This document shows, in pieces, positions 12,941 to 24,469 of a stretch of 64,000 nt of DNA (position 1 is its first letter; each line of letters starts with the position of its first letter). The translations under genes and the position numbers were made by a program. The DNA comes from Eledone cirrhosa (taxonomy: Eukaryota): assembly GCA_964016885.1 (NCBI GenBank), contig OZ024743.1:18166001-18230000 (forward strand), given 5' to 3'. The notes beneath the pieces were generated by a model, which was given only the letters and a program-made list of their open reading frames with translations, ran no database searches and was not told the DNA's origin.

Positions 12941-13792
12941 GATACGTATGTTGGGTGTGTATATATGTGTACTTCTTGTTTTAGTTGACTTACGTCTCCG
13001 AACATTCGTGTATTTATATGTAGGTATGCGTTGGCGCTTGTTATATACGCATTTATTTACTTATATACGTTTATATAATTATTTATTTATTTGTACACAA
13101 GCATACACACACACACATATTTATATGTGCGTGGTTTTGTATACCTATGGTAAGGTTTGGAGTATGCTTGTGTTTGTACGTATCTGTTTGCGTGTATGTA
13201 TTTATTTGTTTCTATTACTTCTGTATTGTATTTATTTACTTTGTTATTAACTCTGTAGCGGAGATTCATTTGGTCTCCTAGTTAGAATTTTAGTCTACGA
13301 CTTCTGCTATACCATTTACGTGGTTTTGTCTTTGCGTGCTATTGTTCTCCACGCTCCACATATGACTTATTATTTTCGTTTTTTCGTTCATTGCCAGAGA
13401 ACGTCTCTATGCACCACCTAAGAGAACATTAGTCTACGACCTCTTTTATACCATAAACCTGGTTCTGTCTTTACGCGTAATTGTTTTTCACCGCTCCTAT
13501 TAATGACGTATTATTCGTTTTTTCCCGTTCTTTGCCAGCGAACGTTACCACGAACCAAAGTATCGTCTTCCTGTCTTCCTCCGGTTGCAACGTTTTTTGA
13601 AATATCCAGTTCTGCATTTACAGATTGACTTTGTTAGTTTCAGAAGATCCCGTTAACTGTGAAAGCAGCGATTCTTTGCTTAAACTGTAATCTGTTATTT
13701 TAATAAATATTTGCTCTACGGTTCTTATATATTTGATATATATTTTCCTTATCGAGCCCTCTTTGGATTTTAGTCTTCAATTTTATTATTAT

Positions 13793-14290
<498 letters not shown>

Positions 14291-14299
14291 TTTTTTTTG

Positions 14300-14492
14300 T
14301 TAATATATAAAAGCTTCTACATGACTAGAACTGTTTCATTCCTGAAAAATGATCAGGAAGCGCTTCCTAATGATTTCTCACGAATGAAACAGTTATAGTC
14401 CTGTCGAAGCTTTTCTATATTAAAACATTTATACTTTGCTTTATAATGAGTACCTTACTTACTGTGGTTACCACCGATTGAACCCGTAATAA

Positions 14493-14495
<3 letters not shown>
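14300..14495. mobile_element. Short PLE-derived family C fold-back (arms ~14302-14360 / 14363-14421) plus tail, decayed hammerhead
   Basis: CTTC CTAATGA TTTC-TCAC-GAAT GAAACAG...CTGTC GAAGCT. Homologous to the intact motif at 62474-62524. Tail matches 14631-14700 and 62391-62450 in reverse complement. Confidence 0.7.
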
Positions 14496-14539
<44 letters not shown>

Positions 14540-14737
14540 GTATGGATATATATATATATATAGCCGTCGAAATGGCATGAGCTCTGCCGTCGGGGTCATA
14601 CTTTCTCCTATATATTTATATATATATATACGTTATTCCGGGTTGAATCGGAGGTAACCACAGTAAGTAAGGTACTCAATACATAGCAGAGTATAACAGT
14701 TATAATATCGACCTGTAGAATCTCATGTATATTAAAC

Positions 14738-14792
<55 letters not shown>

Positions 14793-14798
<6 letters not shown>

Positions 14799-15220
14799 TA
14801 ATACAACAATAATGAATAAAAACAAAAAAAACAGTTCCTTATATTAAAAAATTCATCACTTTACGAGCGTTTCTATGATATATATGTTTGTGTTGGTATG
14901 TATATCATATAGATCTATGTAAAATTTTTACAAACTATCAGAGGGAATATATACATAGATCTATATGATATACATACCAACACAAACATATATATCCTAG
15001 AAACGATCGTAAAATGATGATTTTTTTTTAATATAAGGAACTGTTACTTTGTTTTTATTCATTACGTTTTTATTAATTTATCTTGACTCTGTTTTCCTGT
15101 ATTTTTCATGGGAAAAAAATTAAAATAATGTTGAATACATCTCTTTTCATGATATTCGGATTACATTGAGTTCTTCATACGGATTGGACACCACCGTACA
15201 TTTTGGTTGATTTATCTACA
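14793..15220. repeat. Palindrome (arms ~14793-14920 / 14953-15080) with ~135-nt one-sided tail in (TA)n
   Basis: Inverted arms. Hammerhead 3' half GAAAC GATC GTA at ~15000. Confidence 0.75.
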
Positions 15221-15526
15221 TATATATATATATATATATACATATATATATACATATGTATATATAGAGAGAGAGAGAAAGAGACAGTGAGAGAGAGTAA
15301 AAGAGGAAAGAAAGACTGCGACCACTGAACTAAGTAACTTCGGTCAGTAATCGCCAATCCTTTGTCAAGGATGTACTCCCAAAACTGTTGGCCGAATACA
15401 AGCTGAAACTACTTGGCGTGACGGTCGTGTCTTTAACTTTATATATACCCACTATGCTTCTTCTCAAACATAGAGTTCCATCTTGGTTAGCGGATTTCCT
15501 TAGCGCCGCGAGTAAACAGTATATCA

Positions 15527-15598
<72 letters not shown>

Positions 15599-15603
<5 letters not shown>

Positions 15604-15870
15604 TGCAAGTTTTAAGAACTGTTAGATAAAATATATATAGTATTTCCTCTCCCTAGTCCGTCTAAATGAATCACAAAAGTAATAATTTAAACGAGGCTAT
15701 AAGTTTAACTGTTTATTTATGTGGTTGATTTATACGGACTAGAGGTAGGAAATACTGTATATATTTTATCTAAGAGTTCTTCAAATTTGCAATTTTATAT
15801 ATAGCTCTGATTAATGATTATTTGCTTAATTATTTCTTTATTGAGCCACAACATGAAAGGTAGCCAAACT
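15599..15870. repeat. Palindrome (arms ~15599-15676 / 15720-15797) with one-sided tail in (TA)n
   Basis: AAATTGCAAG...TAGATAAAATATAT..AGTATTTCCT..CTAGTCCGT inverted as ACGGACTAG..AGGAAATACT..ATATATTTTATCTAA..TTGCAATTT. Confidence 0.75.
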
Positions 15871-16289
15871 CATATATGTATCTGTGACTATATATGCACA
15901 TAAGAAAGACACGCACCATTTGTCTTCACTCCAATTTATTATAAATTTAATTTATAATAAATTGGAGTGAAAGCATGGTGTGTGTGTTTCTTATTGGCAA
16001 CATGACCTTCACAAAGTATAACAATATATCTATATATATATAAAAGCGAGGTTGTGTGTGTGTCTGTGTACAACTTTGGATACTAAGGCTTTTACAATTA
16101 CCAACCGAATTATACCAAATTTTCTGTGCACGCTGCACACGCCGCCATGATGGTCACATCTCAAACAATTTTCCAATCCACCCACGTTGAGCAATAAAAA
16201 ATGGATATCAAAATTATCGGTAGCAATATTGATGTAAAAGAGATAACCAACATTATTGACAATACTTATAAAAAAGGGAAATAACCAAC

Positions 16290-18100
16290 TGTATTGGTGT
16301 ACGTGTGTGCGTGTGTGTGTATGTGAAAGCAAGGGTTGGGGGAAGAACGGGGTTGCATGTTCAGGAAGAGGTGTGTGTGTGGAGGTGGGGTGGAGGTCGG
16401 AGTGTGTGTGCGTGTGTGGATAGAGGGGGGAAGAGGAATCCGGAGGCTGAATGTGTAAATATGTGGTTGTACGCACGTGTGTGTGTGGTGTTTAAGCGTG
16501 TTGTGGGTGTAGGTAGAGTGTGGGAAAAAGAAGTTTGTGGGTGTGTGTGTGGGTGAGGCATAAAGGTGATTCCGTAAAAAGATGTGGTGGAATGCTTAGT
16601 AAAATCCTTGGATGTGGTGGATTCCGGGATCAAGGTTCAAATACGTGTAATCCGTGAAGAGATTGGTCGGAAGAAGGGAGATGTGGGGTGCACGCGCAAC
16701 AGGAAGTGGTCAAGTGAGAAGTGTTGTGTGTCTGTGTGTGCGGGGAGGTGGTCAGAGGGCATAGCAGCAGTAGGGCAGAGTGGTAAGTGAAGGTGTGTTG
16801 TGTGTCTGTGTGCGGGGAGGTGGTCAGAGGGCATAGCAGCAGTAGGGTAGAATGGTAAAGGGGAGAGGATGGGTAGGTGTGAAAGTTGGAGTGAGGAGGG
16901 GGTGTGTGTGTATTAGTAGAGGTGTTAGTGGGATGAGTGAGTGTTTGAGGAAGGGTGTGGGGGAGCGGGGAGAGAAAGGTGTGGGGCAGATGGATGGAGT
17001 GTGGTGTACTGGTGTGTGTATTTGGTGAAGGGGTGTTAGTGGGTGTTAGTATACAGGAGGTGGAGAAAGGGTTGAATGCGGGTGTGAGTGGGGGTCAGTG
17101 GTGGTAGGGTGTGTAGAGTGGGTGGTGTAAGAGGGTTTGTGTGTTCGTGTGCGTAGGGTTGGGGGGTGTTAGTGATGTTAGTTGCGTGTAGGGTGGGTGG
17201 TGTAAGTGGGTGTGGGTGTTCGTGTGCTTGGGGTCAGGGGGTCTTAATGATGTTAGTTGCGGGGTGGTGAGTGGATGTGTGGGGGTGAGGTTTAGTGGTG
17301 GTAGTAGGGTGTGTGTTTAGTGTGACCGCGTGTATATATGTGCCGGTGGGTGTGTGCGTGTGATAAGGAGGGGAGGAGAAGAAGGGAGGGATGTTAGTAT
17401 GTTAGTTGGGGAAGGGTGGTCGGATGTGGTGTGTAGTGGAGGTGTTAGTATTGTTAGTTGTGTGGTGGGCGGTGAAAAGGAGGGGTGTGTTAGTGGTGTT
17501 AGTGGGGGATATGTGTGGGGGGAGGGGCGTGGTCGAAGGCTAAAGGAATAAGGGTGGGGAGTTCAGGCCGGGGGGAGTGTGGGTCTGTAAGATGAAGATG
17601 GTTCGTTGTTCAACTCTTAGGAGATTGGCGGGTGTATCGTGGCATAGGAGTATGCCACAGACTGTGAGATAGCGTGCAGAATGTCCAGGGGCACCAAAGT
17701 GGCGGGCGATGGGAGAACTACCCCCGAGACGAATATCCCGGAGGTGCTCAGTAAATCTGTCCGCCAGGCGACGTGCAGTCTGTCCGACGTAAGTCGCGCT
17801 GCACCCGGTGCAGCGAAGTCCATAGACTAGTTTGGAGGAGGTGCAGCGGAAGGCATGCCGAACAGAGAGAGTGTGGCCGTTGGGACCCTGGAAGGTGGTG
17901 GTGTTGGTGATGTGGGGACAGGTGTTGCAGCGGGGCCTAGAACAGGGAAAGGAACCGGGGGGGTGCATGGGTTGGGGGTAGGGAGTTGTGGACGAGGAGG
18001 GTGCGGAGATTGCGTGCGTGTTTGAAGGAGGGGAGTGGTGGGCCTAGGAAGATGTGGGAGGTGGAGGGGTTGGACTGGAGGCGTCGTCGGAAGAGGCGGA
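16290..18100 (-). mobile_element. Neptune-type PLE 3' portion (EN domain plus long CA-rich 3' UTR)
   Basis: Contains ORF 17540-17968. The UTR is repeated inverted at 18350-19460. Confidence 0.85.
17540..17968 (-). CDS. GIY-YIG endonuclease of a Neptune-type PLE (open C-terminal fragment)
   Basis: CSRPRCNTC Zn knuckle, CTSSKLVYGLRCTGC..YVGQTARRLADRFTEH, HF...H, LQTHTPPGLN terminus. Confidence 0.85.
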   Translation of the reverse strand: MHPPGSFPCSRPRCNTCPHITNTTTFQGPNGHTLSVRHAFRCTSSKLVYGLRCTGCSATYVGQTARRLADRFTEHLRDIRLGGSSPIARHFGAPGHSARYLTVCGILLCHDTPANLLRVEQRTIFILQTHTPPGLNSPPLFL

Positions 18101-18116
18101 GGATATATATATATAT

Positions 18117-18332
18117 AAGTGGTCACACAACAGTTAGTTCACCATACCGAGAACAATTGTTTCACCTTAGCGGATACTCAGCTCGGAATGGGCACCCGAG
18201 CTGAGGATCCGCTAAGGTAAAACAATTGTTCTCGGTATGGTGAACTAAATGTTGTGTAACCACTTCTACCTAACTCGTCCCATGAACAGAGTGCTCTACC
18301 ACTACAGATATTACCTTCCAGCGTTCCACCAC
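18117..18332. mobile_element. Mini fold-back element (arms 18117-18186 / 18196-18265, 67-nt tail), each arm a minimal hammerhead
   Basis: Consensus CCGAG CTGAGGA TCC-GCTAA-GGT GAAAC AATT GTT CTCGG, flanked by (TA)n. Confidence 0.85.
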
Positions 18333-18349
18333 TATATATATATATATAT

Positions 18350-19832
18350 ACTAACATCCCTCCCTTCTTCTCCCCCCTCCTTATCACACGCACACACCCA
18401 CCGGTACATATATACACGCGCTCACACTAAACACACACCCTACTACCACCACTAAACCTCACCAACACACATCCACCCCACCATCTCGCAACTAACATCA
18501 CTAACACCCCTCGACCCAAAGCACACGAACACACACCCACTTACACCATCCACTCTATACGCAACTAACATCACAAACACCCCCTAACCCTACGCACACG
18601 AACACACACCCTCTTACACCACCCACTCTAGACACCCTACCACCACTGACCCCCACTCACACCCGCCTTCAACCCTTTCCCCACCTCCTCTATACTAACA
18701 CCCAATAACACCCCCTTCACCACACTCACACTCATCCAAACACGCACACACACCAGTACACTACACTCCTTCCATCGGCCCCACACCCTTCTCTCCCCGC
18801 TCCGCCCACACCCTTTCTCACGCACACATACATCCCACTAACACCTCTACTAATACACAAATACCCCTCACCACTCCAACTTTCACGCTTACCCATCCTC
18901 TCCCCTGTCCATCTCACCTTCGCACACACTGATACACCGACTTTTTCACTTAACATTCTACCCTACTGCTGCTATGCCCTTATCTCTGACCACCTTCCCC
19001 CACACACAGACACACAACCCTCCTCCTGCCTTCACCCTCTGATAACTTCCTGTTGTGCGTGCACCCCACATCTCCCCTCTTCCTACCAATCTCTTCACGG
19101 ATTACACATATGTGAACATCGATCCCTAGAATCCAGAACATACCAAGGATATTACTCAGCATTCCACCACATCATCTACGGAACGCTCTTAAGGACTCAC
19201 CCACTGACATACACTCAAACAATTTTTTTTCCCCACACGCCACCAACATCCACAACACGCATAAACACCACACACACACGTGCGTACCACCACATATTTA
19301 CACATTCAGCCTCCGAAATCCTCTCCCCCCACCCCTCTATCCACACACGCACGCACACTCCGACCTCCACCCCACCACACACACACCTCTTCCTGAACAT
19401 GCATCCCCGTTGTTCCTCCAACTCTTACTTTCACATACACACACACACACGTACACCTGCACACACACACACCACCTTCAGACCTCCCCGCTCAGACACC
19501 CCACCTCCTCTCCCCACTAGACCCGCCACCACCCCTACACGCCCCACACCCTTCCACCACCCGTTTTACTTCATATGTATTTTTATTTTTATTTTTCTCA
19601 TGCTTTTATATTTAATTTCATTTGTACCGTTTCCTCTCACCACTTTTGTTCTATATGTCTATCCACCACTCCCCTACACACCCTTGGAACTGATTACCAC
19701 ACACTTTTCACCTGAAGAAGGGATTATGCCCGAAACATCGTTCCCCACCACCACTCTACTCTCAAGAGCGTGAAACTAATAAACCTTTGTTCGTACTGCC
19801 TCTCTGTTTTGTTGCCGTTCAATTTGTTACTG
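18350..19832 (+). mobile_element. Inverted 3' UTR/pLTR arm of the Neptune element, hammerhead core at 19712-19736 and AATAAA at ~19778
   Basis: Reverse complement of ~16300-17405. TTTCAC CTGAAGA AGGG-ATTATG-CCC GAAAC. Ends in (TA)n. Confidence 0.8.
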
Positions 19833-19860
19833 TATATATATATATATATATATATTGTAG

Positions 19861-19942
19861 ACTTCCCTGACGACGGAATGTTTCTCTGTTAGTTCTTCGG
19901 AAAATATATTTACTCCATTCCAGAAACTATTTAGTTGGAAGT
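19861..19942 (+). ncRNA. Type I hammerhead ribozyme
   Basis: Stem I ACTTCC/GGAAGT, core CTGACGA, stem II GGAATG/CATTCC, GAAA, stem III ACTA-TT-TAGT. Cleavage after GUU (19936). Confidence 0.85.
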
Positions 19943-20382
19943 GATATTTTAGTAAGTAAGTTAATTTTATAATTTTCTTATTTTACGTCTCTCATATTAT
20001 TGTTCTGCAACCCCATGCATTGAACCACAATGTTACTAAGACAAAACCTATATATTTGCTAGCATTGATATGCATCTGTATGTATATATATGTTACTAGA
20101 TATTAATTCTTTATTATTATCTCCAAATTATTTGTCGAGCAATATTGGCCATGACTGCTGCTATGGTAGTAGGCAGGCCGCTGTCTTATTAGCAAACCAC
20201 TTTCCACTGATTGACCGTGATGTCACGTGAATGATTCTTTTTGAATTCGCCACAGACGGAGAGGCAGTGATTTTCTCAATTGCTAGGAATTCAGTCCACG
20301 CTTTGCTATTTCCTATCCACTGAATTATTTTTTAATAAGTTTCCAGAGTCCTCGCTTTGCCTGGAAACTTAGCTGAGAATAG

Positions 20383-20464
20383 ACTTCCCTGACGATGGAA
20401 TGTTTCTCTATTTCTTCTTCGGAAAATATATTTACTCCATTCCAGAAACTAATTAGTTGGAAGT
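20383..20464 (+). ncRNA. Type I hammerhead ribozyme
   Basis: ACTTCC CTGACGA TGGAATG...CATTCCA GAAACTAATTAGTT GGAAGT. Palindromic stem III; cleavage after 20458. Confidence 0.88.
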
Positions 20465-20630
20465 GATATTTTAGTAAGTAAGTTAATTTTATAATTTTCT
20501 TATTTTACGTCTCTTATATTATTGTTCTGCAACCCCATGCATTGAACCACTATGTTACTAAGACAAAACCTATATATTTGCTAGCATTGATATGCATCTG
20601 TATGTATATATATGTTACTAGATATTAATT

Positions 20631-20685
<55 letters not shown>

Positions 20686-20838
20686 CATACAGGTACACAT
20701 ATATATGTGTACGTATCAGTTTAGCGAACGCTTATTATAACGCTCGCTTTGTCCGTTTGTAAACAAACGGACAGCCTGATTTATGCCGTACGGTGTTAAG
20801 GCAACCACGTCACCTTTTTGTTCAACAGTGACACAGGA

Positions 20839-20881
20839 ACGGTGTACTAGTTTCAAGCTTGTTAGCTATCGTCAGCACTGT
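20839..20881 (-). ncRNA. Minimal type I hammerhead ribozyme (inverted copy)
   Basis: Minus: ACAGTG CTGACGA TAGCTAACAAGCTT GAAACTAGTA CACCGT. Confidence 0.85.
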
Positions 20882-21047
20882 ATACCCTTCTGCCAGATGG
20901 TTGAATGTTTCATTCTATTCCAATTTATCGTTTTCGGTGCGCCTGGCCGACTGAACTCACTATATATGCAAATTAGGCTGCTCAGCCGTTAATTTTCATA
21001 AGGAAAGTATATAATTACGAACGTTCAACTATCTGCCAGAAGGGTAT

Positions 21048-21090
21048 ACGGTGCTGACGATAGCTAACAAGCTTGAAACTAGTACATCGT
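21048..21090 (+). ncRNA. Minimal type I hammerhead ribozyme
   Basis: ACGGTG CTGACGA TAGCT-AACA-AGCTT GAAAC TA GTA CATCGT. Palindromic ACTAGT stem III; cleavage after GUA (21084). Confidence 0.9.
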
Positions 21091-21239
21091 TCCTGTGTCA
21101 GTCTTGAACAAAAAGGTGACGTGGCTGCCTTAACACCGTACGGCATAAATCAGGCTGTCCGTTTGTTTACAAACGGACAAGGCGAGCGTTATAATAAACG
21201 TTCACTAAACTGATACGTACATATATATATGTGTACCTG

Positions 21240-21279
<40 letters not shown>

Positions 21280-21515
21280 TGCTACTGTACGTCTGTATAC
21301 ATATATGTATGTACGTATACATACATACTTACATTTAAGTAAGTGCCGTACTAAGAGTGAGAAATTAAATTTCGTTTCATTCTATTCCAATTTATCGTTT
21401 TCGGTGCGCCTGGCCGACTGAACTTACTCGATATGCAAATTAGGCTGCTCAGCCGTTAACTTTTCATAAGGAAAGTATATACTTTCGAAGGTACAACCAT
21501 CTGGCAGAAGGGTAT

Positions 21516-21558
21516 ACGGTGCTGACGATAGCTAACAAGCTTGAAACTAGTACATCGT
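21516..21558 (+). ncRNA. Minimal type I hammerhead ribozyme
   Basis: Identical to 21048-21090. Cleavage after 21552, 468 nt downstream. Confidence 0.9.
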
Positions 21559-21717
21559 TCCTGTGTCAGTGTTGAACAAAAAGGTGACTTGGTTGCCTTA
21601 ACACCGTACGGCATAAATCAGGCTGTCCGTTTGTTTGCAAACGGACAAACGGACAAAGCGGGCGTTATAATAAACGTACGCTAAACTGATACGTACATAT
21701 ATATATGTGTACTTGTA

Positions 21718-21775
<58 letters not shown>

Positions 21776-21917
21776 TGCTACTGTACGTCTGTATACATAT
21801 ATGTATGTACTTATACATACATACTTACATTTAAGTAAGTGCCGTACTAAGAGTGAGAAACGAAATCTCGTTTCATTCTATTCCAATATATATATATATA
21901 TATACATAATGCTTTCT

Positions 21918-22660
21918 GTTTGTATGGCGTTTTACCATATTGTTTAGCTCTGTTTCTTTTAACTATTTAACGCTTGCCAGCATTTCTACGATTTTGAGTT
22001 TCGTTTCGCTTTTTCTACCACCCGAAATACGATTCTCGCTGAATTATATTTGTAATAATCTCCCGATTTTTACAAATAATCTGTTAATAATTCTATTGAC
22101 AGATTAATTGTATAAGTTTATTTTTAAAAACTACCTGGTTGAGTGCTTATTCGATTTGTGCTAACTATGCATTTTCTTGTACTATATACTCATACTGAAT
22201 TCCTCTGCCAAAATATGCGGAATTTCCCCTTGTGACTACTCATGTGCGTTTACTATCCTCTGCGTCACTCGCAAGTTGTTTACAGAACAGAATTACCTCT
22301 TGATAACGTGATATTCCTTGTTCGATCTTTATGCTGAAACCTTATAGTTTTAAACAGACAGTATTATTGATTTAGGTGTCATAGTAACCCTGCATTTGGA
22401 TTTTACCACCAGTTCCATTTGGGTCCATGTTTTTATCATTTATTTTGTTTGACCTGTTTAGATTGATTTGTTTTTTGGCTTACGTGGTTAATGCCTTCTT
22501 AACCACTTTTTCAGTTTGTATGGCGTTTTAACATATTGTTTAGCTCTGGTTTCAACTATTGAGCGCTTTCCAGCATTTCTACGATTATGCGTTTCGTTTC
22601 GCTTTACTACCAGCCGAAATACGATTCTTGGTGACTTTTATTGTAGCACAATAAAGCAAT
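21918..22660 (+). repeat. Element with ~120-bp direct repeats (21918-22040, 22514-22635), probable decayed non-autonomous PLE
   Basis: GTTTGTATGGCGTTTTA.CATATTGTTTAGCTCTG...CCAGCATTTCTACGATT...CCGAAATACGATTCT occurs twice ~597 nt apart, between (TA)n tracts. Confidence 0.6.
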
Positions 22661-22669
22661 GCAAATATA

Positions 22670-22711
<42 letters not shown>

Positions 22712-23305
22712 TAAAGTTAGTCCTTCATCAGTGATCTTCCAACCATCATTGGTATTTCATCGCTTTAAAGACCATATACTTCCGGTAGGTGCGAGCAACT
22801 TATAAAAATAGTCGTTGGGACACGTAAATATAGGGGACAAGAGTGTAAACAACAAAAATGGTGAGCAACGAAAAGTGAGGAAGAAGAAGTCAAGTCCCAA
22901 ATTTCTACGAATTTAAATTCGGTGAAATCGTGAACGAGAGAGAATAAAGACCATCAAACCGGGTTGGAATGTAAGCAAAGAAGGAATTCGGTACAGCTCT
23001 AAAGGGGGGAAGAAGGGATCTAGTCTGTGATTTCGGTGAACGTGAGTTCTGTGAAATCATAGATGAGAGAGAGAAAAAAAACGACCTGCTAGACCAAGAG
23101 TGCGAAAGAAAAGAATTACGCACAGGTCAAACAGGAAGAAGGAGGAAGAGGAGGGGTAGTAACAGAGAATGAGTGAGTGAAGGGTGAGGAAGAGGCTAAC
23201 AGAGAGAATGACTGCTAGAGAGGGTAAAGATACAGAGAAAGAGGAAGCGGTAAGAACGAAATAGACGTTTATTTTCATATATATATATATATGTATGTAC
23301 ATATA

Positions 23306-23351
<46 letters not shown>

Positions 23352-23396
23352 TTAAGAATAACGTGGTTGACAAAACAAACAGGTGTATTTAATTAT

Positions 23397-23503
23397 AGTC
23401 TTACAATTGTTTCCATGGTAGAATTGTCTATAAATTGCTAAATACTGGAGATGTACAAATCAACTTACATTACATATATAATCATACCATTTCATCGGAG
23501 ATT
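23397..23503 (-). ncRNA. Degenerate hammerhead motif (PLE 3' end remnant)
   Basis: Minus: TCT CCGATGA AATGGTA...TACCATG GAAAC AATT GTA AGA. One core substitution. Confidence 0.55.
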
Positions 23504-24469
23504 CAAAGCTAATATAAAAATATATGCGTAACGGTAAATTTAAGGATTCAAATTACTACATCAATACTATTGTTAATGATAAATAAACAGAGGAAGGGAG
23601 ACATATGTAAATATATATATATATACTAGCATTAAAGCCCGGCGTGGCTCGGGGTCAGTAAGTTACCCAAGTTAGGTTGCACCACCCATTTTATGGCAGC
23701 ACTTTTTTGACAGTTGTACTTTCGCCTATGGATATTATCTCTGTGCAAAGAAGTGTTAAAATTTATTTGTTCACAGTCATTGCGCAACACGCGTGTAGAC
23801 GATGCCAGATCTGCGATGGAGTTGTTCTGCATGACGTGTTTTAACGGGGGAGGAGGGCGGAATGAGGGTATCGCAAATAGGGGCCTGAAAACATTGTCGA
23901 ATTATGACAATCAAAAAAGAGGAAGTGGGTTCATTGTATGGTTGGTGCATCATGTACGTCGGACGTAGAAGATGAGCCTGCTGCTGTGCCGATGGAGGGC
24001 GGGAAATGGAGCTGATCGGAGGCCAGGTGTTGGTGAAGTGTGAAGTAATTGCAGGGAACCGCCTGAAAATGTAAATCCCGTCATTAAAGTATTGTTCACC
24101 CTTTGAGAGTCGTACAGAGGTGGAATACTAACCTGACCACGGTCCTCCGAGGCCCACCAAACGGGGGTTGGTGAGGAGCAACAGCTGATATTTGAGTAGG
24201 GTCGGAGTTGCAATGAAGCTTTGTAATGCCGCGAGAATCAGCCTTTGTACGGCCGATGGTGGGGAGTGTCCAGTGCACTGCAGTGAAGGTTAACCTACTT
24301 AGAAAGTACTCATGAAAGGCAAAACATAAAAAAAATAAAAAAGTTATAAAATTAGGAATCGAGGTAATCCTATAAAACCTCCTTGTACACAATGTTTTTT
24401 TGTTTTTCCTTGCGGAACGAAGGCGAAATCATCACTCTTGCTGCCGACACGCGAGTAGCCAACGTAAAG

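Larger units (their letters stand above)
19858..20634 (+). mobile_element. Non-coding tandem-hammerhead element (retrozyme-like), 522-nt unit, ~1.5 copies
   Basis: Direct repeats 19858-20112 and 20380-20634, each starting with a complete hammerhead. Flanked by (TA)n. Confidence 0.85.
20690..21886. mobile_element. Retrozyme-like family R, locus 1: inverted arm 20690-20905 plus ~2.1 tandem 468-nt units 20907-21886
   Basis: Hammerheads at 20839-20881(-), 21048-21090(+) and 21516-21558(+). Unit contains an internal (TA)n. No meaningful ORF. Confidence 0.88.

Noticed and set aside
20690-21886. CRISPR-like or prokaryotic repeat array
   Set aside because: Long tandem units without unique spacers, eukaryotic TE context, no cas genes.
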